A stretch of 52,586 nucleotides of DNA, from contig RHPI01002990.1 in the NCBI GenBank assembly GCA_009103225.1, positions 494,781 to 547,366 on the forward strand. The letters are read 5' to 3'. The notes below the pieces were generated by a model. The model saw nothing but the letters and a program-made list of their open reading frames with translations. It made no database searches and had not been told where the DNA came from. The translations under genes were made by a program, and so were the position numbers. Below, one piece after another: positions 12,033 through 24,552 of the stretch; the stretch's first letter is position 1, and each line of letters opens with the position of its first letter. The DNA comes from Chlorokybus atmophyticus. Taxonomy: Eukaryota > Plantae > Mesostigma and Chlorokybus algae.

Positions 12033-12513
12033 CAGTCTACCCCCGTTAAAAGACTTCGCTTTAATGAAATAACCCCGCTAAGATCATGGATTATCAAAAG
12101 ACCAATGGTTTTACAGGCAAATATCTTCGGTTAGTGGAATAGTCTTGTACGTAATACGACTAAAGAGAAGGCTTGAAAATTTAAGTGGGCTCAGTCTTGT
12201 AACGGGGGAATACCTTGTTGATAGCATGATTGTCTTGTTGATATTAAAATAATTTTATGGATTAAATCATTAAGTTCGTATATTAAATTGTATGGTTTTT
12301 AGAGGAAATATGAATGTGAGTTTTGCCACGTCAGCAAATGATGACGTGGCTTGAGGTTATCGGTCGATACCCCCATTAACAGAATATATGTTCTTTAAAC
12401 AATAAACAATATATATAAGAATATATATAATCTTATAAGCGCCAAGAGAATAAACCCGTTAGTGGAATGAAAAGCTGAAAGATAAACGTAATTCTTATAA
12501 CGGGGGTACATTG
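12033..12513. mobile_element. Non-autonomous Tc1/mariner (pogo-like) MITE, 481 bp
   Basis: TA|CAGTCTACCCCCGTTAAAAGA ... TCTTATAACGGGGGTACATTG|TA gives about 21-bp imperfect TIRs and a TA target-site duplication. Partial TIR motifs (cccgtta/taacggg) recur internally. The element is AT-rich and has no ORF. Confidence 0.8.
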
Positions 12514-13064
12514 TACTTGTACTTGTACTTTTCTAAGTATCGAAAATCGACCCTTTGTGGCCGCAAAATATCTCTTAAACCAAGCCAAATTTGCTATAGT
12601 GTTGCTTACATAGAGTGCGGTAAATTGCGAGTAGCATGCCGTAAAACTAGTTTCGTGATTTTAGGACAATTCTATCAAAGAGTTGCTTTTCAAAGTAGGA
12701 GGAACCGTGCACACTTCGCCGCCGCACCCTAAACCTAAAAGTTGTGAGTTCAACATGCGATTTGGCAGGGAAGTTGGCGGAACTCACGATTTCTGGCGGC
12801 CGTCTGGCGAACGCGTCCTCCAACAGCGTGGCGCAGTCAAATTATTTGTCGCTGTTAAGTGACTGAATCTTTAACCGCGGTTGTTTGTTATTGTTTACTG
12901 GTTACCCAACCACATCGTCAGTTCTCCCTAACAACGGCGTGGTTGATTACAAACTCAATCGCCCGTAAAGGTTAAGAAGCCTAAACCACTGTGTCTGTGT
13001 GTATGTTGAATTTAAATGTGCAATAGTACGACGAATAACAATTTGTGTTAATTGAAAGTGCCTT

Positions 13065-14195
13065 GAGCATGTAGCTTCCAAACTTTGTTTTGCTAGTTGT
13101 GCATCGTAAACGCTTTTGCAATGTAAGCAATATCGACCTCACGCGGTAGTAATAATTGCTTAACTTACGTGACTGCCACAGCTGATGATGGCCGCGCTGG
13201 AGAATAGGGTTAGATATTTGTGCATCAAGGTGCTAAACTGCCCTAGTTTCGGTAAGCAAGCTTTTGCCATCATTAAATCTATCCTCACCTCCGGTTGTGG
13301 CGGGCTTGATCTAACACGAAAATATTTCGAACCGTCAACACGCCCTTCGCACGTTTGGCTGTACACCGGATTCCACCCTGATACTCAGAATACAGTTTGA
13401 GCGCTACACGATCTCCCAGTGGAAAAACATTTTGAGGCGCTTCACGATATGGGCGTTGTGATCGATGTAGACGAGAGGCGTGAAAAAACCCGCATATGAC
13501 CGCTAAATTAGATTATCGCCCATGCTTACGCTGACAGTCACGCAGTGTGTATTACGGATGCCATCCGAGGGCATGGTATGATACGATGAACAACATAGTG
13601 CCCCGAGCATGTAGCTTTCAAAGTTTGTTTTGCCAGTTGTGCATCGTTAAAGCTTTTGCTGTGTAATTTATATTGACATTACGCAGTATTGATAACCAAT
13701 GTGACTGCCACAGCTGAAGATGGCCACGCTGGAGGATAGAGTTAAGTATTTGCGCAATAAGGTGCTAAACTAACATGCTTCCATGAAGCAAGCTGTTGCC
13801 ATCACCAAAGATACCCTCACCTCTGGTCGTGACAGGTGTGATCTAACACGACAACATCTTCAACCGTCAACACGCCGACCGTAGGTTTGGCTGTTCACCG
13901 GATTCCACCCTAACATCAAGAACACAGCTTAAACGCTGACCGATCTCTCATAGGGAGAACATCATGAAGCACTTCACGATATGGGCGTTGTAATCGGTGT
14001 GGATGCGAGGCGTGAAAGAACCTGATATGACCGCTACATCAAGTTGTCGCCCATGCCTACGTTAATAGTTACACAGCATGTACCTCGGATGCCATCCGAC
14101 GGCATCATATGATATAATACGATGAGCAACCGGATGCCTCGAGCATGTAGCTAAATCTTCTCTTGCCATCTGTGCATCGTTGAAGCTGTTGTTGT
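13065..14195 (+). repeat. About 540-bp diverged tandem repeat (2 full copies and 1 partial) carrying a decayed reading frame
   Basis: Units start gagcatgtagct at 13065, 13605 and 14141. They share gtgactgccacagctga, ttggctg.acaccggattccaccct and cttcacgatatgggcgttgt. Confidence 0.92.
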
Positions 14196-15041
14196 GCAAA
14201 CGATGCCAATCTCACCGTGAGGCCGGTATCAATGAACGGCGTGCTATTCTATTGTTCGGGTGAAAGACATTGTTAATGCTGTGCGCAATTAATCATCGTT
14301 ATGATGTTTTTGCGTGTACGTATGCTGTAACATTTGCTCACGTTCACTCAGTATCACTGAACATGTAATGCTGCTTTAACACCATTAACTGATCATTTTT
14401 GCACATCATTTAAATGACTACCTGAGGATGGTTTGGGGCAAGTTTTGCGAGTTTAGCTTGCCCAACTACAAGGCCGTCTGCACGCACTTTTATAGCAACC
14501 TTGCAAATGGCTTATCAGAAAAGCAATGCACTCTACGGCATGCAATAAATAGTTGGTAGCGAAATATGTTAACGTTTAAATGCATGCCGATTAAGGGCAT
14601 GTTGTTGTATTTGACCTCGGTGCAGATCAACTTCAAGTTGCTTGATTTGAGCATTGCCAATTGTTGTCATTGGAATTATTATATTATATACTCAATGATT
14701 GCATTGCAATGTAATTGAGTTGATCAACAAAATTGAGCTAAACGTTGAACAATACAACAAATGTTAGATTCAACTTTTGGTAGAATTACTTGTTACATTA
14801 TCATTTTACTATCTTGTTATGATAGCAATACTATGCATATGTATCGGTAAAAGGCATTAAATTGGTCACTTAAATTAAAAGCTGAATGTTAATATCATTA
14901 CAACATGTTGGTGAGAGCTCCCATGCGTTTCATACTACGCGTAAATTGATAAACATGTGAATCACGCGTAAGAATGGAATTGCATCATATATGGCCAAGC
15001 GCAATCGCTAACCACTCGCTATGTATTATACGAGTCATATT

Positions 15042-15121
15042 AACATCATTTCGCATACATGCTGAACATATATTCGAAATGATGTTGAACATGTATGCAA
15101 AATGATGTTCAACATGTATGC
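15042..15121. repeat. About 23-bp unit present as two direct copies and one inverted copy
   Basis: aaatgatgttgaacatgtatgc (15077-15098), aaaatgatgttcaacatgtatgc (15099-15121), and a reverse-complement copy at 15042-15068. Confidence 0.75.
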
Positions 15122-15574
15122 GAACGTTATATTCATGTTGGCTTAACAAATAATCATATAGCTTACTGTTGCAATGGATTCTGCCTAACATGATGTGAAT
15201 GTAGACGTTGAAGAATTATGCCTCTTAACAAAGCATTCTTATTATTCGATTATGTGTCCTTTCGTGGGAAGGTTGTCGTTGAGGTAGCCGGCATACGAGT
15301 ATAGCTATTAAAATGCTTACGCTAATGCAGGCTGCATACCCGTAAGCTCTTCAATGTTTTTCAACAAATTCCTAGCTGAGCATGCGGCTGTGCATGTTTC
15401 ATACACATATACGCACATTGTACAATGTTCAAGCGGTTACGTTATGGTGTTAACGCTCTAAAACTTGTGACTCACTTAATGTCATGTGATGGCATCACAT
15501 GACATTAAGGTTTTGACAATGTCACAAGTTAAACTGTACATCAAAGTGAGTTGATGCTGTTGCAGGGTTGCTAA

Positions 15575-15740
15575 CATATGTATATGCATAGCATATATAT
15601 ATATATATTGTGTACATCATATATATATATATATATATATAGTACATAACTATGTTAATATATATGTATATATACATAAACCAACATATACGTATACGTA
15701 TACTAGTAATAGTATCTATATATACACATATATATATCTT
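15575..15740. repeat. Degenerate (TA)n microsatellite
   Basis: Read directly from the sequence. Confidence 0.9.
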
Positions 15741-17539
15741 GTCATCATGAAACATAGCATGTTATTTATGATTGCACACTGAGTACGAAGCGCTATAGCT
15801 AATTGTTTTATATGTAATTGCAAGGGTGCTGCATCATGTAATATTATTTACATGTCTCATCTTATCAATCAAGTCAAGCAGTGTCACATGAGTTAATGCC
15901 AACAGCAATATTAACGGTTACCAATCTCAACTTTAAAAACAATCATCACATGATGTCTATGCGAAGATTGATTGTACGTAATTGCCATTGCAAGCATGTA
16001 TACTTATAATCGGCTATTATATCTCAATATTAGCAGCACGATCTGCAATAAGTGGATTCTTGCATAAAAATTTAGCGCACATATTTCGACTATACAATGG
16101 CATTACACAAACTTTGTAGCTTTACCCAAGCTCAGGCGTGCACAAATCAGCCACACTTGTGCACGCCTTTGTGCACAACTGCTCCATGTGATCGCCGCGA
16201 TAACACACGCTTGTTTAGCACCTCGGCATGCTCGATGCAGTAGAGTTGCCTTACTTCAATACGAAGGGCACTCGTTTGTTGTCGACAGGCACCCCGTATG
16301 GAAGGTGCATGAGCTATTCTTATCATCATGACAGTCATTGTGGTAAGATAAACTTTATCTTAAAGATCTGGATTGCCTTGAAGGCAATCAGAATTTCTCA
16401 TCGTGTAAGCCATGGTAAGCCGCCTATTTTCAAATAAGGGCCTACATGTGCGTGCACCATGCTCAATAATGTAAACGTGTCTAGTTGTACGTGCGCTCAC
16501 GCTTGTGTGTGGCGCACAAAAATTGTGTGTAATAGGTACACACGCGTCTGCGCGCACAGACATGCACTCATACACATTAACTTTCCTGTTTACAAGCTGT
16601 GAAAATTGCGGTATTGATGAATTTCCATATGTATGTATCATGTCGTGTAGATGTGATCATGCAGCACTTGAGCAGCCACAAAAGATTATTAAGTAATGCA
16701 GTTTATTTATTTATTTGTTTATTTATTGCCAGCATCAACTGACAGAACTGTGAACTTTAAAAGCTATATGATTAATTAACGCAAGGTAAGAGACAATGCG
16801 TTGTAATGAGTAAACTTTGTACATGGCATTGAATGCTGTGCGCATTTAACGCAAAAGTAATAACAATACTTAAGTTGTGCGTTTGCACGCACGTGCGCCA
16901 ATTGCAATAACACTTGAGCGTTAACATATATTTCATACATGTACTGCTTCTTAATAAGAAGAAATAGTGAAGTGTGCGCGCTCGCACACACATAGTATGG
17001 AAAGCGTAAAAGCGCACGCACAGAGGCGTACACACATGCACTGTGCACGCAATGCGCAGTTACGAGCATTTACACATGTGACGTCAACAATTTACAATAT
17101 ATGCACAATTTCGAAACAAGTAAACCTGCGGCGCCATCGCCATTGCGTAGATCATCTCTTGAAGCTGAATGCGATAATGTCATGAGCATCAATATAAACT
17201 TCTCAGGCTCGGTCGGGCAATAGCTGCAATGCTCTGGAAGTCCCACACCTGACTTTGCTTTTGATACTAACCCGCCCGGGGGGGGGGGGCTTGCACTGCT
17301 GCCGCAGCCAGTTTCTGATTGCATGGCGGTGGCCTGCTCATGTCACACAAACAGGTGCGCTACCTTTAATGTTCCAGCGATAACAGTGTTGATTGGCTTC
17401 TGGAGCGAAGGCAGGGCCGCCAATAGGTAGCCACTTGGAAGCCAACTTCAGATTCAGTGTTTGAGGCATGCACCATGCATGTGAGAGCTCCCGACCAGCC
17501 AGTGTCACTGGCATTAGCGTGGTCGTCGGCGTTGGCGTC

Positions 17540-18862
17540 ATGGCCGCCGCCTGCTGCGCCATGCCGGCAGCGGCGACGTCGTCTCTAACGATGTCGCTCC
17601 GAAGACCGCCTGCGACGACACCAGCAGGAACAATCCTATCAAGGCGGCGGCGTGCTGCTTCTCCTTCTTGTCCTCCTTATCCGTGTCCTGTTCCTCGCCA
17701 TGCGGCGGCGGGCGGCCTCACGGCACGGCGAGGGAGCTGCGTGGCGTCGGCGGCGGGAGGGCTGGCGTCCGGGTCTGGGTCAGGGGCAGGGACAGGCACA
17801 GGGGCAACAAGCAAGCCCGTAGGCAAGGTGAGGGCGTCGGAGGTGGTATGGTCCAGCGCAGGGGCCTTCCTAGCAATGTCTCTACTGGCAGCCGCAGACA
17901 CCCAGCTTGCTGCAAGGGGCTTGCCGAAGCTAACCATAGGCTCCTTCGCTGCGCTGGCGACGCTGCTGCTGGCGGCGCCCAAGTCCCCGCTGGCCGACCC
18001 GTACAACGTCCTGGTCGGCCACGTCGGCTCCGCCCTCGCCGCAGTGGCGTGGTGCGCACTACTGCCACCGCACGCGTTCTGGGCAGCACGAGCATTAGCA
18101 GTAGCCACGGCCGTTGCCTGGATGCTACTCACGAACTCCGTCAATCCACCTGTAAGTGTGGGAGTGGGAGTGCGAGTCAGAGTGAGAGTGTGTGTCAGTG
18201 TTTGTGTGTTTCAATGTGAGTGTGCATGTGAGTAACACTGTCAGTGTGATCGTATTTGGAGGTTGTGTGTTTGCCCTAACACTAAGCATATTGGTTGTGC
18301 ACACCCATCTGCTGTCCGCTGCTGCATTATTCAACTATCATGTCATGCAGGATGGTTTCAGCTCTTGCTTCACTGCTTTTGTGTGCGTGTCTAGCGGCTT
18401 GTAATCAAGTTATGTGTTGTAACACGTGATGTGACTGCCACACGCACGTTTGTGATATGCATGCACGCATGCATGCATATATTTATGCATGCGTGATTGC
18501 TTGCAAGCATCAGGTTCATGCCATGGCACCTTGCCACACACCAGTGGCCTTTGCTGCGTTCCTGTCACACACATTATATTATTAATCTTGCACTGCATGC
18601 AGCTGTGTCTAGCTTTTGGTCACGTCCAATGCGCACAATAGGCAGCCATCCTTGCAACTGAAATACTATGCGCATGGTACCCACCAAGTGCTGATCATCA
18701 ATCGGCTTATAGGCCGGCGCGGTCGCTTTGATCTTCGTGGACGGGCCGCAGTGGCGCACGCTGGGCCCAGTGTACGCGTTGTTCCCCGTGGTGACGGGCG
18801 CGTGCGTCCTCATCGCGGTCGCCGCGCTCGTCAAACAACTCAAGCACAGGTTTCAGTTCTGA
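17540..18862 (+). CDS. HPP-family integral membrane protein (plastid nitrite transporter NITR2-like) with a transit peptide, 2 exons
   Basis: Exons 17540-18151 and 18713-18862. Motifs IGSFAALATLLLAAPKSPLADPYNVLVGH and TNSVNPP|AGAVALIFV are HPP-family. The N-terminus is Ala/Ser/Arg-rich. Confidence 0.88.
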
Positions 18863-19199
18863 TTAGGAATAAGGAAGGGGTTAGGGATATATGTTCATAT
18901 GTATACCAGTATCGCATGGTTTGGTGTTGTCTGCTTATGGTAGGGTGAGACTCTCTCCAGTCACAGCTGTATACACTTGGGGTAGTTGAGGTATGGCCAT
19001 TGTTGTCAACCGCTGTCTTGATAGGTAAGCTTGTTTTGTTCATCAGCACTGCACAATAGAGTCTGCTGGTTTTGAACGTCGAATGACACAAAGGACACAG
19101 GGTCCATTGACAGAAGGTGTGGTGCTGTTGATCACAAGACTGCTGCAGCAAGATGTGTCGCAGCCCCACATGATGGCTTGCTGTCGCTCACAATGCATA

Positions 19200-19490
19200 C
19201 ACACCAGGATCGGGGTTAGGGTAGCAGGACATGACGCAGCATGGGCTACCCGGCAGAGGTGGTGGCGGGGGAGAGGGAGAGAGCGGGAGGGAGGGAGTCG
19301 TTGTCCTTGCCGTTGCCATGCGAACCATTGCCAACAACGACTAACAATAGCCCATGTGGGCAGGTAGTTGGATGCTGACACGTGTGTATGCATGTCTGAT
19401 GGGGTAGGCGAGATAGTGGTAATGTGGTAGTGAAGATGCAGTGTGTGAACCCGGTGGTCGTACACTGGCAATGTGCATAGAATTGAAGGT
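19200..19490. repeat. Diverged dispersed repeat, direct copy at about 42700-42985
   Basis: Shared segments gcatgtctgatggggt/gtatgtctgatggggt, gaacccggtggtcgtacactg/gaccccggtggtaaatacattg and a G-rich 5' part. Confidence 0.5.
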
Positions 19491-20022
19491 GCTATTGCAC
19501 CCGTGTACTATGCAGCTAGCAGTCATTGGTACATGTTTGGCATGCTCATGCAGCAGTGGTTGTATATATGTACTGAGAGTATGATTGATGAATGATGGTG
19601 CATGCGCTTTGCACACCTGCATGCATGTGTAGTACAAAAAATGCGCGATACGTATGCACATGCAAGACACATGCAATGGACCAAGCATGTCCACATGCAG
19701 TTAACAGTGTGAGGTGGTGGCCCCTGGTGTAATTATAGAAGTGTCTCTGCTTGCCTGCCTTGCCTGTAGTGTATGTTTAACTTTTACACATAACCTGTGA
19801 CTGCATGGTTAAAACTAAAACTACGACTTATATTGTATGCATGTGCTAGGATAGGCAGAACCATAGCATATACCTTTAGTACATGCGTACTGGTGCAGTT
19901 GAGACAGTGACAGAGCAGGTGACGTATAGGGTTACTATATACAGATGCACATGCGGTGTGGTCATGTTTCGTTGCCAATTACAATAGAACACGTGCACGA
20001 AGCACCCGTTTGTAGAATGCCG

Positions 20023-20062
20023 TTTCCCCGCCTGTCACATCGTGATGTGACAGGCGGGGAAA
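20023..20062. repeat. Perfect inverted repeat with 19-bp arms and a 2-nt spacer
   Basis: tttccccgcctgtcacatc-gt-gatgtgacaggcggggaaa. Confidence 0.95.
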
Positions 20063-21278
20063 AGCCCTTTTTTAGAGAACCCGCAGTGCACAATATTGGT
20101 TGAAACCGGCAATAATGCTGGTTGAGCACTCAGTGCTTGTTGATGCCGGTGTTGCCAGTGTTTCTTTTTGTCTACCAGCACATATATTACCGCATAGTTG
20201 GTTTGAGTTGGTACCTGAGGCGGTTGCTAAGACAAGTGTATAGGATACATGAAGTACTGTTTTTCAACACATATAGGCATACCACATGCACATAACAACA
20301 CCATAGCATTCCTATACAAGGTTGTACTCAAAACCCTACCGGGCTAAACAACCATCACACTACCACACTATTACAACCGCCCATCCCCCGTTAGACGTGC
20401 ATGCATGTTAACATGTTGGAGTTGTTACCTGCCCATAGGCCCATTCAAGTCAGCTGCGTTCAACGCGGCAGTAGGTGCAGCACAAGACCAGCAGCAGGAC
20501 TCCCTTCCCTCCGCCCCCTCCTCTCCCCTCTCCCCGCCACCACACCGCCTCCTCTCTCTCCCACCCTCTGCGTGCGAGCCACCCCACGCTGGCTCTGCTG
20601 CTGTCGCCAACCCTTGCGGCGCAGTGCCAATGTCAGCACTGCACCGCGCAGGGTCCTTGTGTACGTGCTGACAGTTACACTAGTAGGTCTGGTTGGTGGG
20701 GTTGGTCTGGTACCTCCTCCGCACGGGCAAACTGTGCTACCACACAATCTGCCCCCCCGTGCACGTCCAGCTGTTGCTGTTGCTGTGCGGTGGTGCTGTA
20801 GCGACTGACACAGCATTCTGTACAGTAGCGCTGGGGGTGTGCGGTAAGTGTAGTTGGCACTCCGCCTCATGTGTTGTCTTATTGTGGCCAGCATGCGCGT
20901 CATGGGATGGCCGTCGGCTTGCTTTGCTCGCAGCAGTTGTGTCATGGCTTGGAGGCAGTGTTTGCGATATGTACATCTGCGCGTGAAGCGTATGTACTGC
21001 GACTCTACGCCCAGCTTCACGCTGCTCGGCATGTTGGACTGAGGGAGTGGGGCTCTGTGGTAGGGGATGCCGATGTAGTTTGGCATGGTGTGCAGTGTGC
21101 ACTGCATTGCTGGCTATCTTGTATTCAAACTATATGAAATAAAGGTAATAATAGAAGCATATCACCAGGCAACCTTATGCATAGGTTTTCTGTAATATTA
21201 TGCAATGGATGCCAAAGGCAGTACACAGTAGACAGGATGATTAGACTTGAAAGGAATTGTCAATGTCTTTTGCTATGG

Positions 21279-24200
21279 TCACACTTGGAAGTCCCACCGC
21301 AAATCAACAAACCCACTGTCGTGAACGCGTAAATTATTCTTCAAGGATATCCTGATGGGCAATCCTTCGCACAGCGGCATCAGCGAGCGCGCATGCCTCA
21401 ACAACCGCCCGCACGCACTCTGTTGATGCACGCACGCGCACACGGGTGCAGTTAGCAACCCACTCGTAGAGTCACGTGTGCATCAGTAAACTTCAACTCT
21501 CAAAACCAGATGCAGCTCGCAACAACAGCAACAAAATGCCACACCTCTAGTTGAGCGGTGGTGACATCAGGCGCGACTGCCATGTGCCGCAGTCTAAGTT
21601 TTGTTTGGACATGTCTCAACAGGCTCTCCCTTTGCTTCTGCGCTTTGCTGTGGCGCATCCTTGCGGCCACGACGTGACTGGCAAAGCGCTCCACAGCCTC
21701 ATACACCTGCAACACAATGACAACAACAACAAGTTTAGCGCTCGACAGCCATCATGACCAACGCTAACATCTTTACCTGATCAGGTGTTGCATCAATTGG
21801 TACCAGCAACACTCCAAACGTGGGGTTGATGCCAAAACCGTGCACGCCATCCCACTCGAGGAGCGTTGCGCCTGTTAAAGTGCATTGCCATGTGTGTACT
21901 TGCTCTTCATGATCATACACCCGCAATGCGCTTGTATACACGAAATGCTGTATCACATGCACAAAACAAGCAAGACTTGCCTGTTGGAAGCGGTGTATCC
22001 CTCGGCACAACTTGCAATGGCAACTCCTCAAACAGTCCGCTGCGCACGGGCCCACTGGATAACGCTTTCTCATTCAAACTCTGCGGGTGGCAACTCTCAC
22101 CGGTTGTACAAATGTTGTGTGTAACTCTTGCAAGTCTGCAGAGGCAATATGATACAAATACGCGCACGCACTAAAGAACGCGCGCGCGCGCAGAGTCTTG
22201 CACAGTGCGATTTTTCCCATGACGTTGATGACGCAGGGTTTTGTCAATGTGAACACATGTACACGTGTACCCACCTGCAGGAATGATGAATACTCTGCAC
22301 TCGAGCCTGATTCAGGATCGGTGAAAACCATCCCAACTTGCAGGTGACGAGCCACCTATTCACACACGCACATAGCCCTTTCTGTCATGACCACCAAGCT
22401 ACCGATGTGCTGCTTACTGTAAACTTCGCGTGTCACAATTCTCAACCCCTTTGTGACCTGTTACCTGTTCCTCTAAATGGCGTCGATGTTGCAGCTTGAG
22501 CTTAACGTCTGTCACGACCGCGACGTTGACGGCTGCAAGCCGAGCCGACCAAACCTGCCCAAGATAGTGCAAGAGTTGTTTGGCATTACTTACTTCAACA
22601 TCAATACCAAGTGGCAGGACTTCAGTGTTCGTGCAGCGGCACAGTACCTTTGCAGAGTCATCAGTATTCAGCCAAACCGCTCCCGTCCAATCAATGCCAT
22701 ACCTGTAAGCACACAGGGTTGGTTGTGCCATAGGCAACTACACGAAAGCACTTGCTTATACACACGCGCGCACTCGCACGCCTATTTATGCGCGCGCACA
22801 CACATACACATACACACAGCTGCTGGCTGCCATGCCTGTTGCCAAGTATCAGAATAATGCCTCGCAGCGACTGTTGTGAATTCATCATGTCCAACGCTCT
22901 GCTGAGTCGCTGGAGCACTTCACGCTGCTTCTCAGGAGTCCAATCACCGCCCTGTATGCACGCGTAGTTGATACTCGTACACTCTGATCATGACCTATGT
23001 CCATGGCATAACACACACACACAATGCGAAGTGAGTAGCGTACCTACCGTTGCATTGAACGAGACCGATAACCCCTGGCCAGCATACAAGGCCGCTTGCA
23101 TCACGCTGATCTGCAGAGCAAGCATACAACATAAAGGCCAGACTCAGCGCACGAAATGTCATGGTGATCATTAATTCTGGCAATAACGAAGCTGATGATA
23201 TTGATAACACTCACACCCTTTTTACCTGGCGCTGTATTGAAAACGAGGCCGTCTCCGCCTGTCGCGTGTGCTCGGACGCTTGCCGGAGATAATCAGCAAG
23301 GGTCTCAAGCCCTGTCGAGTACGTGGAGTACGGCGACCATCTTGTTCGATCGCTGGTACTGCAGCAAGAGGAATATGGTGATATGTGTAACAGCAAATGC
23401 TGATATCCACATCTTGTGAGATACTAGTTCACAAGTGGTTGGTAGCAATCACGTGTACACGGCACTGTACTTGAATGTGAATTGTAGTGAGCACGATATA
23501 TGGCAAGGCTTGAGGAAGCGCAAAGGTAATGTTGTAATATTTGCGAATTGACACGCATTATCACTGATCACCACATTGCACAGGTTACAGCATACAACAC
23601 GCAGTGCACTACTGGAGCAATGGCTTGCAAACAACACTTGCACTCAAGTGTCCTTAACAACACAACCCACACAGGTACTACACAACATCCACACCCACAT
23701 CCACACCAACCTCGGTTCCTCGTTGTCCTCCACGGCCACGGCCTCCCCGAGCCCGCACGCCGCGAACAGCCTCGCGAGGGCGGCATGCCTGAAGCCCGTC
23801 GATCTCGACACGGGCGGCAGAGACACCGACACGGGCTTGGCTTCGTTGTTGTTGTCGTTGTTGTTGTCATGTTGGGTCTCTGCCAGGTGTCGCACGTAGA
23901 ATGTCAGGTGGGTCGCCTGCCCGTTGACCTGTTGAGTTGGAAGTGGAAGAGGTGCTTCAGCATATATGCAGTTGTGGGCAAGGTTTGCATGCACATGTGT
24001 GCGTGTAACTGCAATTGCATGTGTGCTTAGCATGCATGCGTGTGCGCAAGTGACACACATGTGTGCGTTGCAGATGTGCTTGGCATGCGTGTGCATGTGT
24101 GCATAGCCTTTTCGTGCATTTGTATGTGAGTTTAAAGGAAGTTAGACTTGCCTCGCCATCGAGGTACTGCTGCAGCAGCTTGAAGGAGTGCGTGTTGACC

Positions 24201-24552
24201 CGCTGCTGCTCGTCGCGCCCCTGAAACAGGTCAGGATGCACGCGGCGGTACAGAGCACGCAGCTGCGCCTTCACCGTCGGCACACCTGCGGCAAATTTAA
24301 AGATCAAACAGCAATCGTGCAGCATAAAGACAGACTAAGCAAGCACGCAAGCATATCATTAATGCCAAAACAGGCGAACAAGCCAAACTGTCTCCAAAGC
24401 CCTCAACCCTAGCAAAAACGCCTGTTCTCACCTTCTTTAGCTGCAGCCTGCGTGGCAAAAGCGCTCCAGCCTTGCTGCAGCCGGCTACTGAGAAGCTGCT
24501 GTGAGGCAGCGGCGGCGGCGCCTCTCAGCGCTGACCGCAGCGCCGCCGCCAT
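21279..24552 (-). CDS. DUF4460/DUF4461 protein, TCAIM-like, probably mitochondrial, about 12 exons
   Basis: Presequence-like MAAALRSALRGAAAAASQQLLSSRLQQGW; DUF4460 signature LRALYRRVHPDLFQ..EQQRVNTHSFKLLQQYLD; LTFYVR; GNRYGIDWTGAVWLN; C-terminus HDSGFVDLRWDFQV*. Exon phases are consistent when three GC donors are used. Confidence 0.8.

Noticed and set aside
12727-12740. Telomere-like ccctaaacctaaa, plus isolated ttaggg at about 18880 and 19216
   Set aside because: Only one or two units, which is expected by chance. Not an interstitial telomeric array.
11900-17100. AT-rich island as a definite endogenous giant virus or retroelement
   Set aside because: No capsid, polymerase, integrase, reverse transcriptase or transposase motifs were recognisable. 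Only the MITE and the tandem fossil ORF are supported.
20400-21107. GC-rich patch with overlapping ORFs and a WYLLRTG string resembling the IS5-type YxLRTGCxW motif
   Set aside because: The similarity is only a few residues. There is no DDE region, no TIRs and no convincing splice model, so it is left unannotated.
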